A model generated the notes under the pieces. The model was not told where the DNA came from. It did no database searches and saw only the letters and a program-made list of their open reading frames with translations. A stretch of DNA of 64,000 nt from assembly GCF_011386835.1 (NCBI RefSeq), contig NC_088798.1, positions 41,044,001 to 41,108,000 on the forward strand. The letters run 5' to 3'. Source of the DNA: Chrysemys picta bellii (lineage: Eukaryota). The position numbers were made by a program, and so were the translations under genes. This document shows, in pieces, positions 13,028 to 25,392 of the stretch; position 1 is the first letter of the stretch; every line of letters begins with the position of its first letter.

Positions 13028-13409
13028 TAGTGCCTCTCAACCTCTCCAGCCTACTGTACCCCTTTGATGTGTTTTGCGTACCCCCAAGTTACAACTCACT
13101 TAAAAACTACTTGCTTACACAATCAGACATAAAAATACAAAAGTGTCACAGCACATTACTGAAAAATTGCTTACTTTCTCAATTTTACCATATAATTATA
13201 AAATAAATCAATTGGAATATAAATATTGTACTTACATTTCAGTGTACAGTATATAGAGCAGTATAAACAAATAATTGTTTGTATGAAATTTTAGTTTGTA
13301 CTGACTTCGCTAGTGCTTTTTATGTAGCCTGTTGTAAAAGACTAGGCAAATACCTAGATGAGCTGATATACAGCCAGAAGGTACATGTACCCCTGGTTGA
13401 AAACCACTG
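13028..13409. mobile_element. hAT (Charlie-like) MITE, 382 bp
   Basis: TIRs TAGTGCCTCTCAACC / GGTTGAAAACCACTG and a perfect 8-bp TSD CTATAGAC (13020-13027, 13410-13417). An inverted copy of the same family lies at 33073-33480. Confidence 0.9.
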
Positions 13410-13790
13410 CTATAGACTACCAACAAGAGTTTCAAGGAAAGCCAATGGCCCACAACAGAGAACATCTGTACTGAAGTATTCATTTAGGCTCTAAAGTCTA
13501 ACACAATTACACTTAACAGAGCATTGCCTATGTTACTGATTGCTTTTTGAAGTGTGTACAGTAACTGAGGCCATATCAAGAATCTTGTGGAATTCTACAG
13601 CTGAATTTAATATGTAGGATGGAATGAATACTCCACACCATGTTGAACTTTGCTTTTCTTCTTCTTCAAATGAAGTCCACTGTTTATAAACAAGATCTAA
13701 ATCCCTCCTGGGGTTAATCCAATAACCACAAAATACAAACCCAAAGGAGAGAGCACCTTCAAAGCTGATATTTGCTCAAAACCTGCAGCT

Positions 13791-13804
13791 GTTGCCATGG
13801 AAAT
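13791..13804. promoter_or_regulatory. RFX X-box-like motif
   Basis: GTTGCCATGGAAAT differs by one base from the X-box form GTTGCCATGGAAAC and lies in non-repeat sequence. ETS-like GGAAGTG at ~13889. Motif only, no functional evidence. Confidence 0.3.
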
Positions 13805-14879
13805 CATATTCTTTTGATCCATAAATATAGATAAAATAACAGGAACATCTGAACCAGGACCAGTTAATGTGAAATTGGAAAATAAACTGGAAGTGACAAT
13901 GGTAGAGGGAAAAGGATTCTGAAACTTCCCAATACATGCAATTTAACCCCATCACTTTGCTTTTCCCCTATTAAAACCCATGTTTAATAAAATTTACTTG
14001 CTGCTGTTCAGAACAGACTATACTAGAGTGAAAAGCAGCTTAAAAAACTCCACAGAGACCAGAAATCAAACAGTATGTTGTATATGCCACAAAATAATCC
14101 TACATTAAGAAAGTGTTAATCTTTTACAATTAATTGAAAAATCATTGAGACTTCAATTCAGCAAGACACTTAAGAATTATGCCTAAATAAAAGTTTGTGA
14201 ATAGTTCCTGTGAAGTCATTGGCAATGATGAAGTCAATGGGACTACTCAACTGCTAAGTACCTTACTGAATTGGGGCCTAAATACCAGTTACGGTTGTCT
14301 CTTAACTGTGCATCTTTTGGATGTATGCATCACAGAACAGTCATTTATACATGGTTACATACTATTTCTATGACATAGTAGAATATTTTTTTTCTACAAG
14401 TTTAGAGTCTTCAAATATTTGTTCTCTTTTTCATCCTAAGGAAAGTCTAAGGGTGGTGTCCAGAACATGCATGCAAACTGGGGAAATGTCTGGAAGTAAT
14501 CAAAATCCCGGGTGAATACTTGAGTTACCAAGCCTACACCAAGAATATGTAGTTGACTGATACACTAGAAGCTTGACTTGGTACCAACATGACTGGCATT
14601 CTGTGAGCATTTAAAATAGGCAGATCAGATGTGAAAATTGCAACATCTCAAAGCATTCTTACAGAACTGGATCCCATAGACTTTCAAAGTTTACTTCTCA
14701 AATGATCCTATTTATGCCAAATCACAAGAATGACACCCATGAATGCAAACTCATTTTAATGTTAATCAAACTGCAAGACAAGGAATGTATTTTAGCAGAA
14801 GCAGAAATCTTGAAAAACATCTTTTAGATGACTCAACGTTTTCTTTTTCTTTGTCTGAGCCACAGCAGCCAAACACTAG

Positions 14880-15419
14880 GGATAGGTCTACACTGCAATG
14901 TAAGCCCAGGGTTAGTAGAACTTGAGTTAGCAGATCCTGGGGCTTAATGCAGGGATTGAGCATCTACAATAATTTGTCACCCCAGGTTAGGAATTGTTGA
15001 GCCCTGGGTCCTAACTTGGGGCTTCAATGTCTACAATGCATTATGTGGGCTGGACCCCAATCACCCATATCCCATATTTCCTAGTGCCCTCCCAAAATGT
15101 GGCCTCTCTAGCCATTTGTTCATGGTGAAGTGGGAAAACTTGACTGTCTACCTAACTTGACCATCCAGAGGATGGAAAGTCAACCTATGGGACTGTGGAA
15201 TTATTTTTGACAGACTCCCAGAACATGAGTCCAGTGGGCTGCCTCTACATTGCAGAGTAATAGAGGTTGAACCCTTGTCCTAGCTTGACTCAGGCTCAGA
15301 CCCTCCAGCCCTGTGGACTATGAGACCCTGGGTCAGCGTGATTTGAGTGTAGAGGGAAGGGGGGTTAGGCCAGAGCATGAGTTCAAGCCTTGGGATTATA
15401 TTGCAGTGTATACATGCCC
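14880..15419. mobile_element. PIF/Harbinger-type MITE, 540 bp
   Basis: Termini GGATAGGTCTACACTGCA / TGCAGTGTATACATGCCC with a 3-bp TAG duplication (14877-14879, 15420-15422) and internal TCTACA repeats. Confidence 0.8.
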
Positions 15420-15654
15420 TAGAGTACCAATTCAAAAAGCTTTCAATAAGACAGACTTTACGGCAGCTGTCCGTTTCCCCAACAAAGTTCCTAATATTAC
15501 ATGGGATGCATCAGCAGCCACCGTCAGAATATAGGACATCCCCTCAGTTGCATGAAGTTCCAGAATGGCATGGGCCCACCCTCACCAATGTGACTCAAAT
15601 GAAGTGTGTGCGCAAGGTCACACTGTCAGGAACAGAGCAGCACCCTTCTTACAT

Positions 15655-16490
15655 GCCCGGTCGAAAAGGGACCCTGGCAGCTGCAGTCAGCACTGGTGAC
15701 CGGGCTGTTAAAATTCCAATCGGCAGCGCAGCGAAGCTAAGGCAGGCTCCCTGCCGCCAGAAGTGCCTCCCAGAAGTGGCCGCCATGTCTGGCTCCTAGG
15801 TGTAGGAGCGGCCGGGGGGGCTCTATGCGTTGCCTTCACCCCGAGTGCCAGCTCTACAGCTCCCATTGGCCAGGAGCCTCAGCCAATGGGTGCTGAAGGG
15901 ACAATGCCTGCAGGCGTGGGCAGCACACAGAGCCCTTTAGCCTCTGTACCTAGGGGCCGGACACGGTGGCTGCTTCTGGGAGCCGCACAGAGCCAGGGAG
16001 GCAGGGAGCCTGCTTTAGCCCTGCTGTGCTGCCGACCAGGAGCTGCCTGAGGAAAGCAACGCCCAGCTGGAGCCCACACCCCAACCCACTGCCCCGCCCT
16101 GAGCCCACTCCCACACTCCAAACCCCTCGGTCCCAGCCTAGAGACCCCTCCTGCACCCCAAACCCCTTCTCCCCAGTGCCACCCAAGAGTCTGCACCCCA
16201 GATGGATCTCTCAACCTCTTCCGCACCCCAATCCCCTGTCCCAGCCCGGAACCTCCTCCCTCGCCCTGAACCCCTCATTTCTGGCCCCACCCCGGAGCCC
16301 ACATCCCCAGCCAGAACCGTCACCTCCTCCCACACCCTAACCTCCTGCTCCAGCTCAGTTAAAGAGAGTGAGGTTGGGGAAAATCGAGCAATGGAGGAAG
16401 GGGAGATGAAGCGAGTGGGGGATGGGGCCTCGGAGAAAGGGGTAGGGCAGGGGTATTCTCTTTTGTGCGATTAGAAACTTGGCAACCCTA
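15655..16490. mobile_element. 5'-truncated GC-rich hAT non-autonomous element
   Basis: Right terminus TTGGCAACCCTA at 16479-16490, CAGCTCCCATTGGC...GCCAATGGG core and C-rich tandem tracts. Matching left TIR not seen. Confidence 0.75.
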
Positions 16491-17069
16491 ATGATGATAC
16501 AGGAAAAATCCACATCCAGTTCTATATCAGTATGGGCCAGGGACAAACCTTACAAAAATAGGATTGTTCAGATTAAAAACAAATGAATGGCCTGCCTAAT
16601 ATTACATGATGACTGAGAATACTTGGTCTGGGACAAGGATTCAGTCACTTAGCATACAATAAACTGAAACAGTCTTCAAGCAATTGACCCTGGGTGTGGG
16701 CTCACAGAGCCTAAAAGATTTACATAATTACCACAAGCATCCTCAAAGAAGAAATGTATAAGCCTGGTAAGAGATAAGTGCTTTCAGTAACTCAAGTTCT
16801 GATTTCTTATTACTAATTTGTTAGCTCTGCTATTTTCAAACCTTTTAATGAACGTGATGAAGCTTTGAGCTAATCCAGCATGGTGATTTTACAGTAATGT
16901 TCCTTTCTTTATTATGACAGACACCGTTTTTTTGGGGGGAAAGGCTAGTTAATTCACAATACTGCCTATAATTTCTCCTAAACCTCAGCCTAGCATGTTT
17001 AAACTTTCTAACCACTATCCCCTCAAATAGAATACAGATGTGTTAAAGATTTAATGCCATTATTTAATA

Positions 17070-17550
17070 ATTATATTACAATAGGGCATGGATGCCCCTA
17101 TCAGGATCAATACTCCACCGTGCTAGGCACTATGACATCCTTACAAATACATAGTCCCTGCTGTGAAGCACTTAGAATCAAGGGTGGCAGGGGAAAGAGG
17201 GATACAATCAAATGCACTTAGCATTAATACACGTGCATACATTTTCAGACAACTTTTCAAAATCAGATAGATAAACTAGCAACTAACCTCCCCCGCCTCG
17301 CAAGTCATCAAAAACTGACTAGTTTCCTTATAGGCATCACAAAATCATTGGGTCTTGAGGAGCAATTTGAAAGAGACAGTTGGTTGCAGTCTTACAAATC
17401 AGTTAATGGAAAGGGTTCCATGTACTGGGTAGCACAGAGAGAGGCATGAACATTTTGAGAAGCTGACAAAGGCTGTCATTCTGGTGTAGCAGAGGAAGCA
17501 GGGGTGATGTGATGACAGACTACGGCAGACAATAGGGAGTCACAAGCTGA
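17070..17550 (-). mobile_element. Old L2 LINE 3' fragment
   Basis: GGGTCTTGAGGAGCAATTTGAAAGAG...GGGTTCCATGTACTGGGTAGCACAGAGAGAGGCATG resembles the L2 3' region in antisense; highly diverged. Confidence 0.5.
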
Positions 17551-18174
17551 ATTTTGTATCTATACTGAAGAGCAATACTGCTGATGGATGGCTGTACCTA
17601 GATATATAAATTTATTATTTTTATGACATATCTGAACTGTTATAGATTATACATTAAATCATTTGTACTAGTGGTTTTGGAGCAAACATTTTCCAAAGGG
17701 TTGCTTAGTTAACATGCTTAGATGTTTATTAGGCTAAAAGTGTATTGGAGGTCAGTCAGAAGATTAAAGGGTCATCTTAGAAATGTTATGAGAGTATCAC
17801 TGAAACAAATGGCCATGCATGCAAGACTGTAATGATGCAATCAGATGGGACCTATACAAGTTAGGGGCTAAGATGAAGCAGCTCCACAATAGTTGCAAGG
17901 TGACCTAAGAATTTTATGCGGTTTAGACAAAGATCGGATTTTCCTATAAATACAAAGTACTTCTTGAAATGACAGAGCTTGTCTGGTATTTTGAATTCAC
18001 ATCCCTGATTGTTGCTCAGACCTATATCCCTGGCCTAACAAGCTTGTTTAAAGAAACACAGTTTTGGGCCTCCATCCTGCAAACATACACAATGGGGATT
18101 ACTTGTGTGCAAGTGTTTGTAGGATTGGGGCCTTATACCCCACCTCATCCGTAGCCATTGTGGATTCACTTCTG

Positions 18175-18957
18175 ACTGGTTCAACAAGGACAAGTGCAGA
18201 GTCCTGCACTTAGGAAGGAAGAAACCCATACACAGCTACAGGCAGGGGACTGACTGGCTAAGCAGCAGTTCTGCAGAAAAGGATCTGAGGATTACAGTGG
18301 ACGAGATGCTGGATATGAGTCAGCAGTGTGCTCTCGTTGCCAAGATGGCCAACAGCATATTGGGCTGTATTAGTAGGAGTGTTGCCAGCAGATCGAGGGA
18401 AGTGATTATTTCCCTCTATTTGGCACTGGTGAGGCTACACCTGTGGTATTGTATCCAGTTTTGGTCCCCCCACTACAGAAGGGATGTGGACAAATTGCAG
18501 AGAGTCAGCAGAGGGCAACAAAAATGATTAGGGGGCTGGGGCACATGACTTACTAGGAGAGGCTAAGGGGACTGGGGTTATTTAGTCTGCAGAAGAGAAG
18601 AGTGAGAGGGGATCTGATAGCAGTCTTCAACTACCTGAAGACGGGTTCCAAAGAGGATGGAGCTAGGCTGTTCTCAATGGTGGCAGATGACAGAACAAGA
18701 AGCAATGGTCTCAAGTTGCAGTGGGGGAGGTCTAGGTTGGATATTAGGAAACATTATTTCACTAGGACAGTGGTGAAGCACTGGAATGGGTTACCTAAGG
18801 AGGTGGTGGAATCTCCATCCTTAGAGGTTTTTATGTCCTGGCTTGACAAAGCCTTGGTTGGGGTGATTTAGTTGGTGTTGGTCCTGCTTTGAGCAGGTGG
18901 TTGGACTAGATGACCTCTTGAGGTCTCTTCCAACCCTAATATTCTATGATTCTATGA
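18175..18957 (+). mobile_element. CR1 LINE 3' fragment (~780 bp)
   Basis: ORFs 18297-18527 and 18602-18871 give ANSILGCISRSVASRSREVI...LVRLHL.YCIQFWSPHY and [14 protein letters not shown]...[28 protein letters not shown]. Ends in the ATTCTATG-ATTCTATG tail. Confidence 0.95.
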
Positions 18958-19484
18958 CTGTAATGTCAAAACTTATACTGACAGATTTTCAGGGCTTTAT
19001 CTGTATTTTATTTGACTGTAAAGTGCTATGAACAAATATGATGTTGGACAAATGATCAATAAACTGTTTGGTACATCAATGAATGTTCATGCATGTTGGC
19101 TTTTCATATTCATGACATTTGTTGTCAAAGAGAAAATATTAAAAATAAAATATTTTAAAAAGAATTGTGCCTCAGCGGCCCTTGATGCATATATTATCTC
19201 CCTGCTACACATCCTTTGCAAGTGTTTTTTGTTTTGTTTTTTAATAAGCTTTGTTTTTAATAAGATTTTGTTTGAATAAGCTATATTTTTTGTGCATCTG
19301 AGGAAATCCAGATTATTTCCAGTTTATTTGTATTGTGTGAATATTTTGTAAACAGACTTCTGCCTTTTCTCTCTAGTAGAAATTAAGGCCAAATGCAGCC
19401 TAGAGTAAGCAGGCCACGCTACTATGATGGTGTAAATTAAAGGTGGTGTAAATTAAAATGGGTGCAGATGGCAAGATAGCATAA

Positions 19485-19772
19485 GGGCTTGTTTTACACA
19501 GACACTTAATTCATGGAAATCTGGGGTGTAAATCTATCCTGCATTAGCCTGGTGCACACAAAGTATCTGCCTGGACCCTGCTGCTCTGTATTAACATCTC
19601 CCTAGTGAGCTCTGATCTACTGCACTTCAAAAGAGGAGTAGTTCCAAAGTGTACTAGGGAATTGTTAGCATGCATCAGCAGGGTCCACACAGATACTTAG
19701 TGTGCGGCAGGCTAATGCAGGGTAGATTTGCACCCAACATTACCACAAATTAAATGTTCATGTAGACAGGCT
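19485..19772. mobile_element. Palindromic PIF/Harbinger-type MITE
   Basis: Termini GGCTTGTTTTACAC / TGTAGACAGGC. Internal arms ATCTATCCTGCATTAGCCTG and CAGGCTAATGCAGGGTAGAT are reverse complements. Confidence 0.7.
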
Positions 19773-20159
19773 TTAACTTATACTTATTTGTAAGCTACAT
19801 GGCAAAGAAATACATAAGATTCTCACAGGAAAATTAACTCAGAGGAAGTTGCAAAATAAAGCAGGGCCTCCCCTACCACTTTAGCTTATGCTCACAGCAT
19901 TTCCAACATTCCCATGGCCAAATTCATCCCAGGAACAAGTAGGAGAAATGCCCATTGACTCCAATGGAAGCAGCAAGTGCTTTTGCCAAGGTCTGACTTT
20001 GGTCCACAGAAAATACCAAATCAGAATAAATTAGACTTTTGCACTTCCCTGGGCCTGATTCTCCTTTCTTTTACACCTGTGTAAATTGGGGTGATGCTGA
20101 CAACTATTTCACGATAGTATGCTGTTGTCTCAAGCTCCTTGTCATTCCTTTCAATGCTC

Positions 20160-20735
20160 CCCATTACATCTGTTCTCTTCTATTGTTGAAAACAGCACTG
20201 CCGTCCTTGTCTCCTAGGCCTGCAAATGTGGTATCATCTTTGACTCCTTCTTCTCTTCTGCCCACATGCAGGCAACCATTAAATCTTGCCCCTGCTTCCT
20301 TCATAACATCTAAAATCCAACACCTTCCCTTCCATTCCCATGGCCAAATCATCTGTTCACCAATAATAATTATTGCAATATCCTCCTCTCAGGTTTTTCG
20401 ACAGCAACCTACACCTCTCCTCCAGCTAGTCCAAAGTGCTGCTGCCAAGAACATCTTTCTTGTCATTTGACTTCACCATATCATCCCCTCTGAAAGGCTA
20501 AACCGAATCTAACCTCAAACTCAATTTCTTTGTTCCTGGTTTCAGAGCCCTTCATTACTCAGACCTGATCTACATCTCAGATCTCATCTGCTTTTGCATT
20601 CTGCCACCTCTTCTGCTCTGCCAATAATATCATCATTTGTAACCCTCTCACACAAATGTGTCTGTGCTGACCTCATGGAACGGTCTCCCGAAGCCTATTT
20701 GCCAAACCGCCACTTGTTATGTTCACTGCACACAC
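20160..20735 (+). mobile_element. L2 LINE ORF2 3' fragment
   Basis: Degenerate GIIFDSxL...TIKSCxxFLHNISKIQ...NNYCNILLSG...LQLVQSAAAKNIFL, characteristic of the L2 RT C-terminus. Confidence 0.75.
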
Positions 20736-22324
20736 ACCAGGGGATGGTCCAGCCTCTTTCTTTATTCTGTGGAGTATACTTAAGAACAATAATCAGTGAG
20801 GACAAAGTCCATGTACCTGAATTGTACACAGAAAGACGGGTTATATTTGGCTGTGAACTCAGGTGTCTGACCCCACTTCATTAAGGGCCTGATCCTGTTC
20901 CACTGAAGTTAATGGAAATTTTTCCACTGATTTCAATGGGACTAAAACTAGGCCCCAGGAGAGAAGGGTTGGCAGTGGTGCAGAGGCAGAGGAAGATAGC
21001 CTGGCTCCCAATCAGGATCCCTTCCCATGACTGTTAAATGCATACCCTGCTGATTGCTGTTAGCTAGGCAAAGCCAAAGCATACTGATTCCAACCTTTCC
21101 ATTGCTGGCAGAAACAGCAGCAACATCCACCATTGTGCTTTGTTTTGCAAACAGTAGACCAATGTCTTCTCAGTTCTGGGGTTTCTTTTATTTAAACACT
21201 TGGAGTGTTTAAACTCACGTCAGGCCAAATTCTGCCTTGATTAGCACTCCACGATACCTCAGTGATTTCAATGCTAAGTTTCCTCCCTGCAGCTGGGATT
21301 CTCATAATGGAATAATTATATCCCTTCCCCCAACAAATAATCCTTGCCTACTTCTAGGACTGTGAAAGGAATAACATAAAAAAAAAATGCTAGCCCAGCC
21401 CCAACACAGCAAAACTGTGAATAAGAGCACAGCGTAATCCCGTATCCCCACTGCAGAAGTACACACAGAATAACTTGGCAAACAAGCCTCTATACGGGAA
21501 AAATACATATAATACTAATGGGCTTGGAACCTAAAAAGATTCAATATACATTCTGACTAGAGTTCCTATCAGATGGAATGCGCCCTCTATTTGATAGTTA
21601 CACTCACTCACCAGATTTACAAAAAAAACATCATATAAAATGACAGTTGGATACAATCATAAGGACCTAATAGCTATTTTTTCCTCCAATGTGTAAGTGC
21701 CTCCAAACTGAAATTGGCAATATATATATATTTTTAGACAAAAACATTTTGAAACAGACTAACCCTGAAGAACTGAATGATAAATCTGACTAGTGTGGCA
21801 CTGACACAGGAATAAATTATAAAAACAGCAATCATTTATATTGAAATATATAAAACAATGATCCAGTAGGGCCCTATATTACAATAAAATCATAACAAAA
21901 GGGAATCTATTTATAGTGAACACAGCTATAGTGAACCTTCAATGAAGTAGAATGGAAGTCTGATGTTTCCTCATTGTTATTGTAATATGTAAGTCTTTTA
22001 TAACAATCCTCCTCTTATATAGTGAAATTTCTCTGTAGGAAAAAAAATGACTATTGCCATTGGGCCTGATCCAATGCTCATAGCAATCAACAGAACAATT
22101 TTGATGATGGGCTCCAGTGGAACAAGACTTAGAAGAGGTTTCCACTGTCTATGGGATATCAAGATGTTTCAATTATTAACTTTCCATAATTTAATCCTCA
22201 AATCGGTATTATTTGTTATTTCATGTACATGTCAGACTATTATTTCAGCCATTTGTGATAAACACATGGAAAGAGTCCCACTATTTGATTTTGATTCAAG
22301 TTAGGAATGTTTCAGCTTACTTAC

Positions 22325-22366
22325 CGGTCCCAACAGAGGGGAAGTAGCTACATACAGTACCGGCAC
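22325..22366 (-). other. Candidate 42-nt micro-exon (unverified)
   Basis: U-rich tract ending TTTGTGAAG, exon GTGCCGGTACTGTATGTAGCTACTTCCCCTCTGTTGGGACCG and a strong CCG|GTAAGT donor, in repeat-free sequence. Confidence 0.3.
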
Positions 22367-24918
22367 CTTCACAAATGAGCAAAAGTAATCTCAATAAACA
22401 AAGAAACATAAAACATAAAAGCAGGCATGATTTAATTAAAAGTTGCGATCCTTTTAGCAAATTGCATTGTTTTAAGTTCCTCGTGCTTCATCAACCATTT
22501 TCCTTTCTTTACGACGACTAGTTACAAAATGTTTGCACATCACTTTGCATTATATTGGTTTAAAAAACTGAGAACCCTAAAAAATCTTAAAGTAGGTCAC
22601 TTATACCATTCCCCAAGTTTTATAGTTTATAAAATAAAAACTTTATCACACCAACTGTTATAAAAAAAAGTTACAAGCGTATGGATGTTTGAAAGGCTTG
22701 TTTACTTTTCATAACATTCTGGAGGAGCAGTTAAAATAAGAGATTTAAATTTGTTAAGTAAATCTCTGTTTTGATTGAGCTTCATTAAATGATTTATCGT
22801 ATTAGTCATAAACATTCAGAGCATACACTATAATGGCTCCTTGGGAGCTATAGTGGGATATGCGGAGAATGCATATTAGGAATAATACAGGGAGGAAAAA
22901 AACATTATCTTACACGTTCTTAACCAGACAGAGGTGCTTCTCTTTTCATTTCCCTCACATTTTTTAATTTTTTTTTAAAAAAACACAAAGCAACCATATC
23001 ACAAAACACTATGTTAAAATAACAGGTAGTGTCTGATCTGACCTACAACATCCAACAGCAAAGAAGTTCAGTCTGTTGAAACAAAGACTTTCCTTACTCC
23101 CAGTCTGGGGATGATAATACATGCAATCCACAATAAACAACAGAATGAGTCAAGGATAGAGCTTCCTTGCCTGAACTTTGTATTCCTTTGTGCTTTTTGG
23201 TCAGGTCTGGAATGGGTTACAGTGTTCTGTAAAACTAACTTAAGTTCAGGAACCGTTTTCCTTGAGTACTTTAAAATATATTCTGCCTGACCTGAATAAG
23301 GGTGATACAAGTGGGTTGGCCTGTATTCCGTGTGCCATTTTTCCCATTAGAATTGCTCTCCCCTCATTTTCTTTCACAATCTATTTTATTTTCACTCTGT
23401 CCCTTCTCTGCTATTTTTCTTGCCTTATTTTTCCAGGATTTTTTCCTGTTTTTAAAGTCTCTCCTAAATGGAATATGAACCTTCTGCCTCAAATGTTATC
23501 AGGAGTTTGTCCGTTTAAAACAAAATAAACACAAAATCCTCTTCCACAAATATTATAGCAAACTGGCAAGAGCTGAAAGTAGCAGTAAATTCTAAGCGGC
23601 TAACTGAGAAAATGAGTTCCAAGTGTTAATTCCCCAGTTTGTTTTGCCCTCTTTGCACTCTGCTGGTGGCTCAGGGTGGATGGATTCTAGCAGCAAGGAT
23701 TTCTTTTTGCACAGGGGAGCCCCAGGCTGGCGTAAAGCTTCTGTTCCAACCATGCCAACATCCAACTTGGGGGAAGGAAGAGTAGTGGAGCAGAGCATGG
23801 CAAAGCAGAGCTCTATCATTCCTCTCCTCCGGCATAAATTAGAGCAGACCCCCGGGAGCAGAGAACTGTAAGTGGAGAACTGAATCTTGAATTCACCAGA
23901 ACCGAATTTCAAAGATTACACTCATTTTATCCACTAAGGAAACACAATCACACCAGGTTACCTGCAAGAAGAGTCTAGTCAAGACTCACCAACACAGCTT
24001 AAACTTCAAAGATTGAATTCTTGCAAGGAATCTACAGAGCAAAAACTACTCTCAGAAATTATTCAATAACTTAACACATATTCATTTGAGAGAACATTAA
24101 GCTCTTCACAGAAAATTTATGAATGGAAAAAGAGGTGAAATTCATCATATAAGTTATTGAGCAAATAATTTTTTGCAGATAAGCCCTCATAAGTGTCATA
24201 GTTGGGATTCAAACCTCAACAAGTCACAACCTATTAATATAAATGGAAACACTTTCATGTCTTTTGAATGTCTGAAAGTGTAATCTTGTATATCCTTAGG
24301 GTACCTGAACCGCTGAACTTTCACACTTTTAAGAATAAGACACTGTTAGACAGCAAAGAGGTGCAGCAGCACTGTCATTTATACACAGTGGGTGAAACCC
24401 ACACATCCACAAAGCTGGAGTTGTTTGCAGTCTATAAGTGTAGAGAGGTGAAATCTTGTCCCTTCTACCTAGGATTAATGCACAAAGCGACTCTTTCCCA
24501 GCGCAGAATCTCTATTCCACCACCTATAGGCTAGAATTGTCATTACAGTTCCTCCAAGCCAGGGCAGAGGGTGTTGTGTTCAGCTGGATCACAGTCCTTG
24601 CCATGTTCCATCCTACTCTATAATGGGCTGGTGCAAGAATTGGTTCCTTAACTCATGGGAGGCACCTGAGCAGCACTACTGCACAGGGGATGAACCCACA
24701 GTTCCCTTACACAACCACTACCAAACCCTCTGCATCACGGAAGAATTTCACCCAGTAAGATTTACAGTTTAAAGATCCAGATCATAGCCCATTATTTTGG
24801 TAAATACTGATAATAGACATCCTTGAAATAACAGACTTGGATCCATTATGCTTCCTGTATTTGCAGGTATGGAGTGTTGTGGCGGCAGCATGGGTTCCAG
24901 GGGTGAGAAAATGCCACC

Positions 24919-25392
24919 TAGGGTTACCACCTGGCCAGTATTTGACTGGCCTGGCCAGTTTTATGGATTTGCCAGTTGCCAGAAAAATAATTTAATCTGC
25001 CAAGTTTTCTTATGTGGGTCTAAAGATCTGAATTATCATCACAGTGCACTGGGATATCTAATGTTAAAAGTTTCTGTGTTCAGTGAGAGATGCTATGGTG
25101 TTCCCGTTTCTGCAGTTAAAGCGATAACAGATCAAAACTGTTGAAAATACAGCAGCTGTCTGCCCACCAACATGCAAGAGTACCACGCATGTATGAGAGA
25201 GAGGGTTTGAGTCACGCAAGAGTGAGGAGATGTGCTATGTTATCAATCTTATTTATGGGTGTTCTCTCTCTAGAAGCTTTAAGTCGCTGTTGAATGGGAG
25301 GTATTGAGAAGTTGCCTTGTGGTTGGGATTTCAGTCGGCTTGCCTTGTGGTGGAGGGTGCTGGATTTTTGCATTTCAAAAGTGGTAACCCTA
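24919..25392. mobile_element. hAT (Blackjack-like) MITE, 474 bp
   Basis: Perfect 12-bp TIRs TAGGGTTACCAC / GTGGTAACCCTA. Degenerate 8-bp TSD ATGCCACC / CTGCCACT. Confidence 0.85.

Noticed and set aside
10386-16474. Many 80-140-aa Gly/Pro/Ala-rich ORFs at 10.4-10.9 kb and 15.4-16.5 kb
   Set aside because: All are inside GC-rich non-autonomous hAT sequence, with no transposase motifs.
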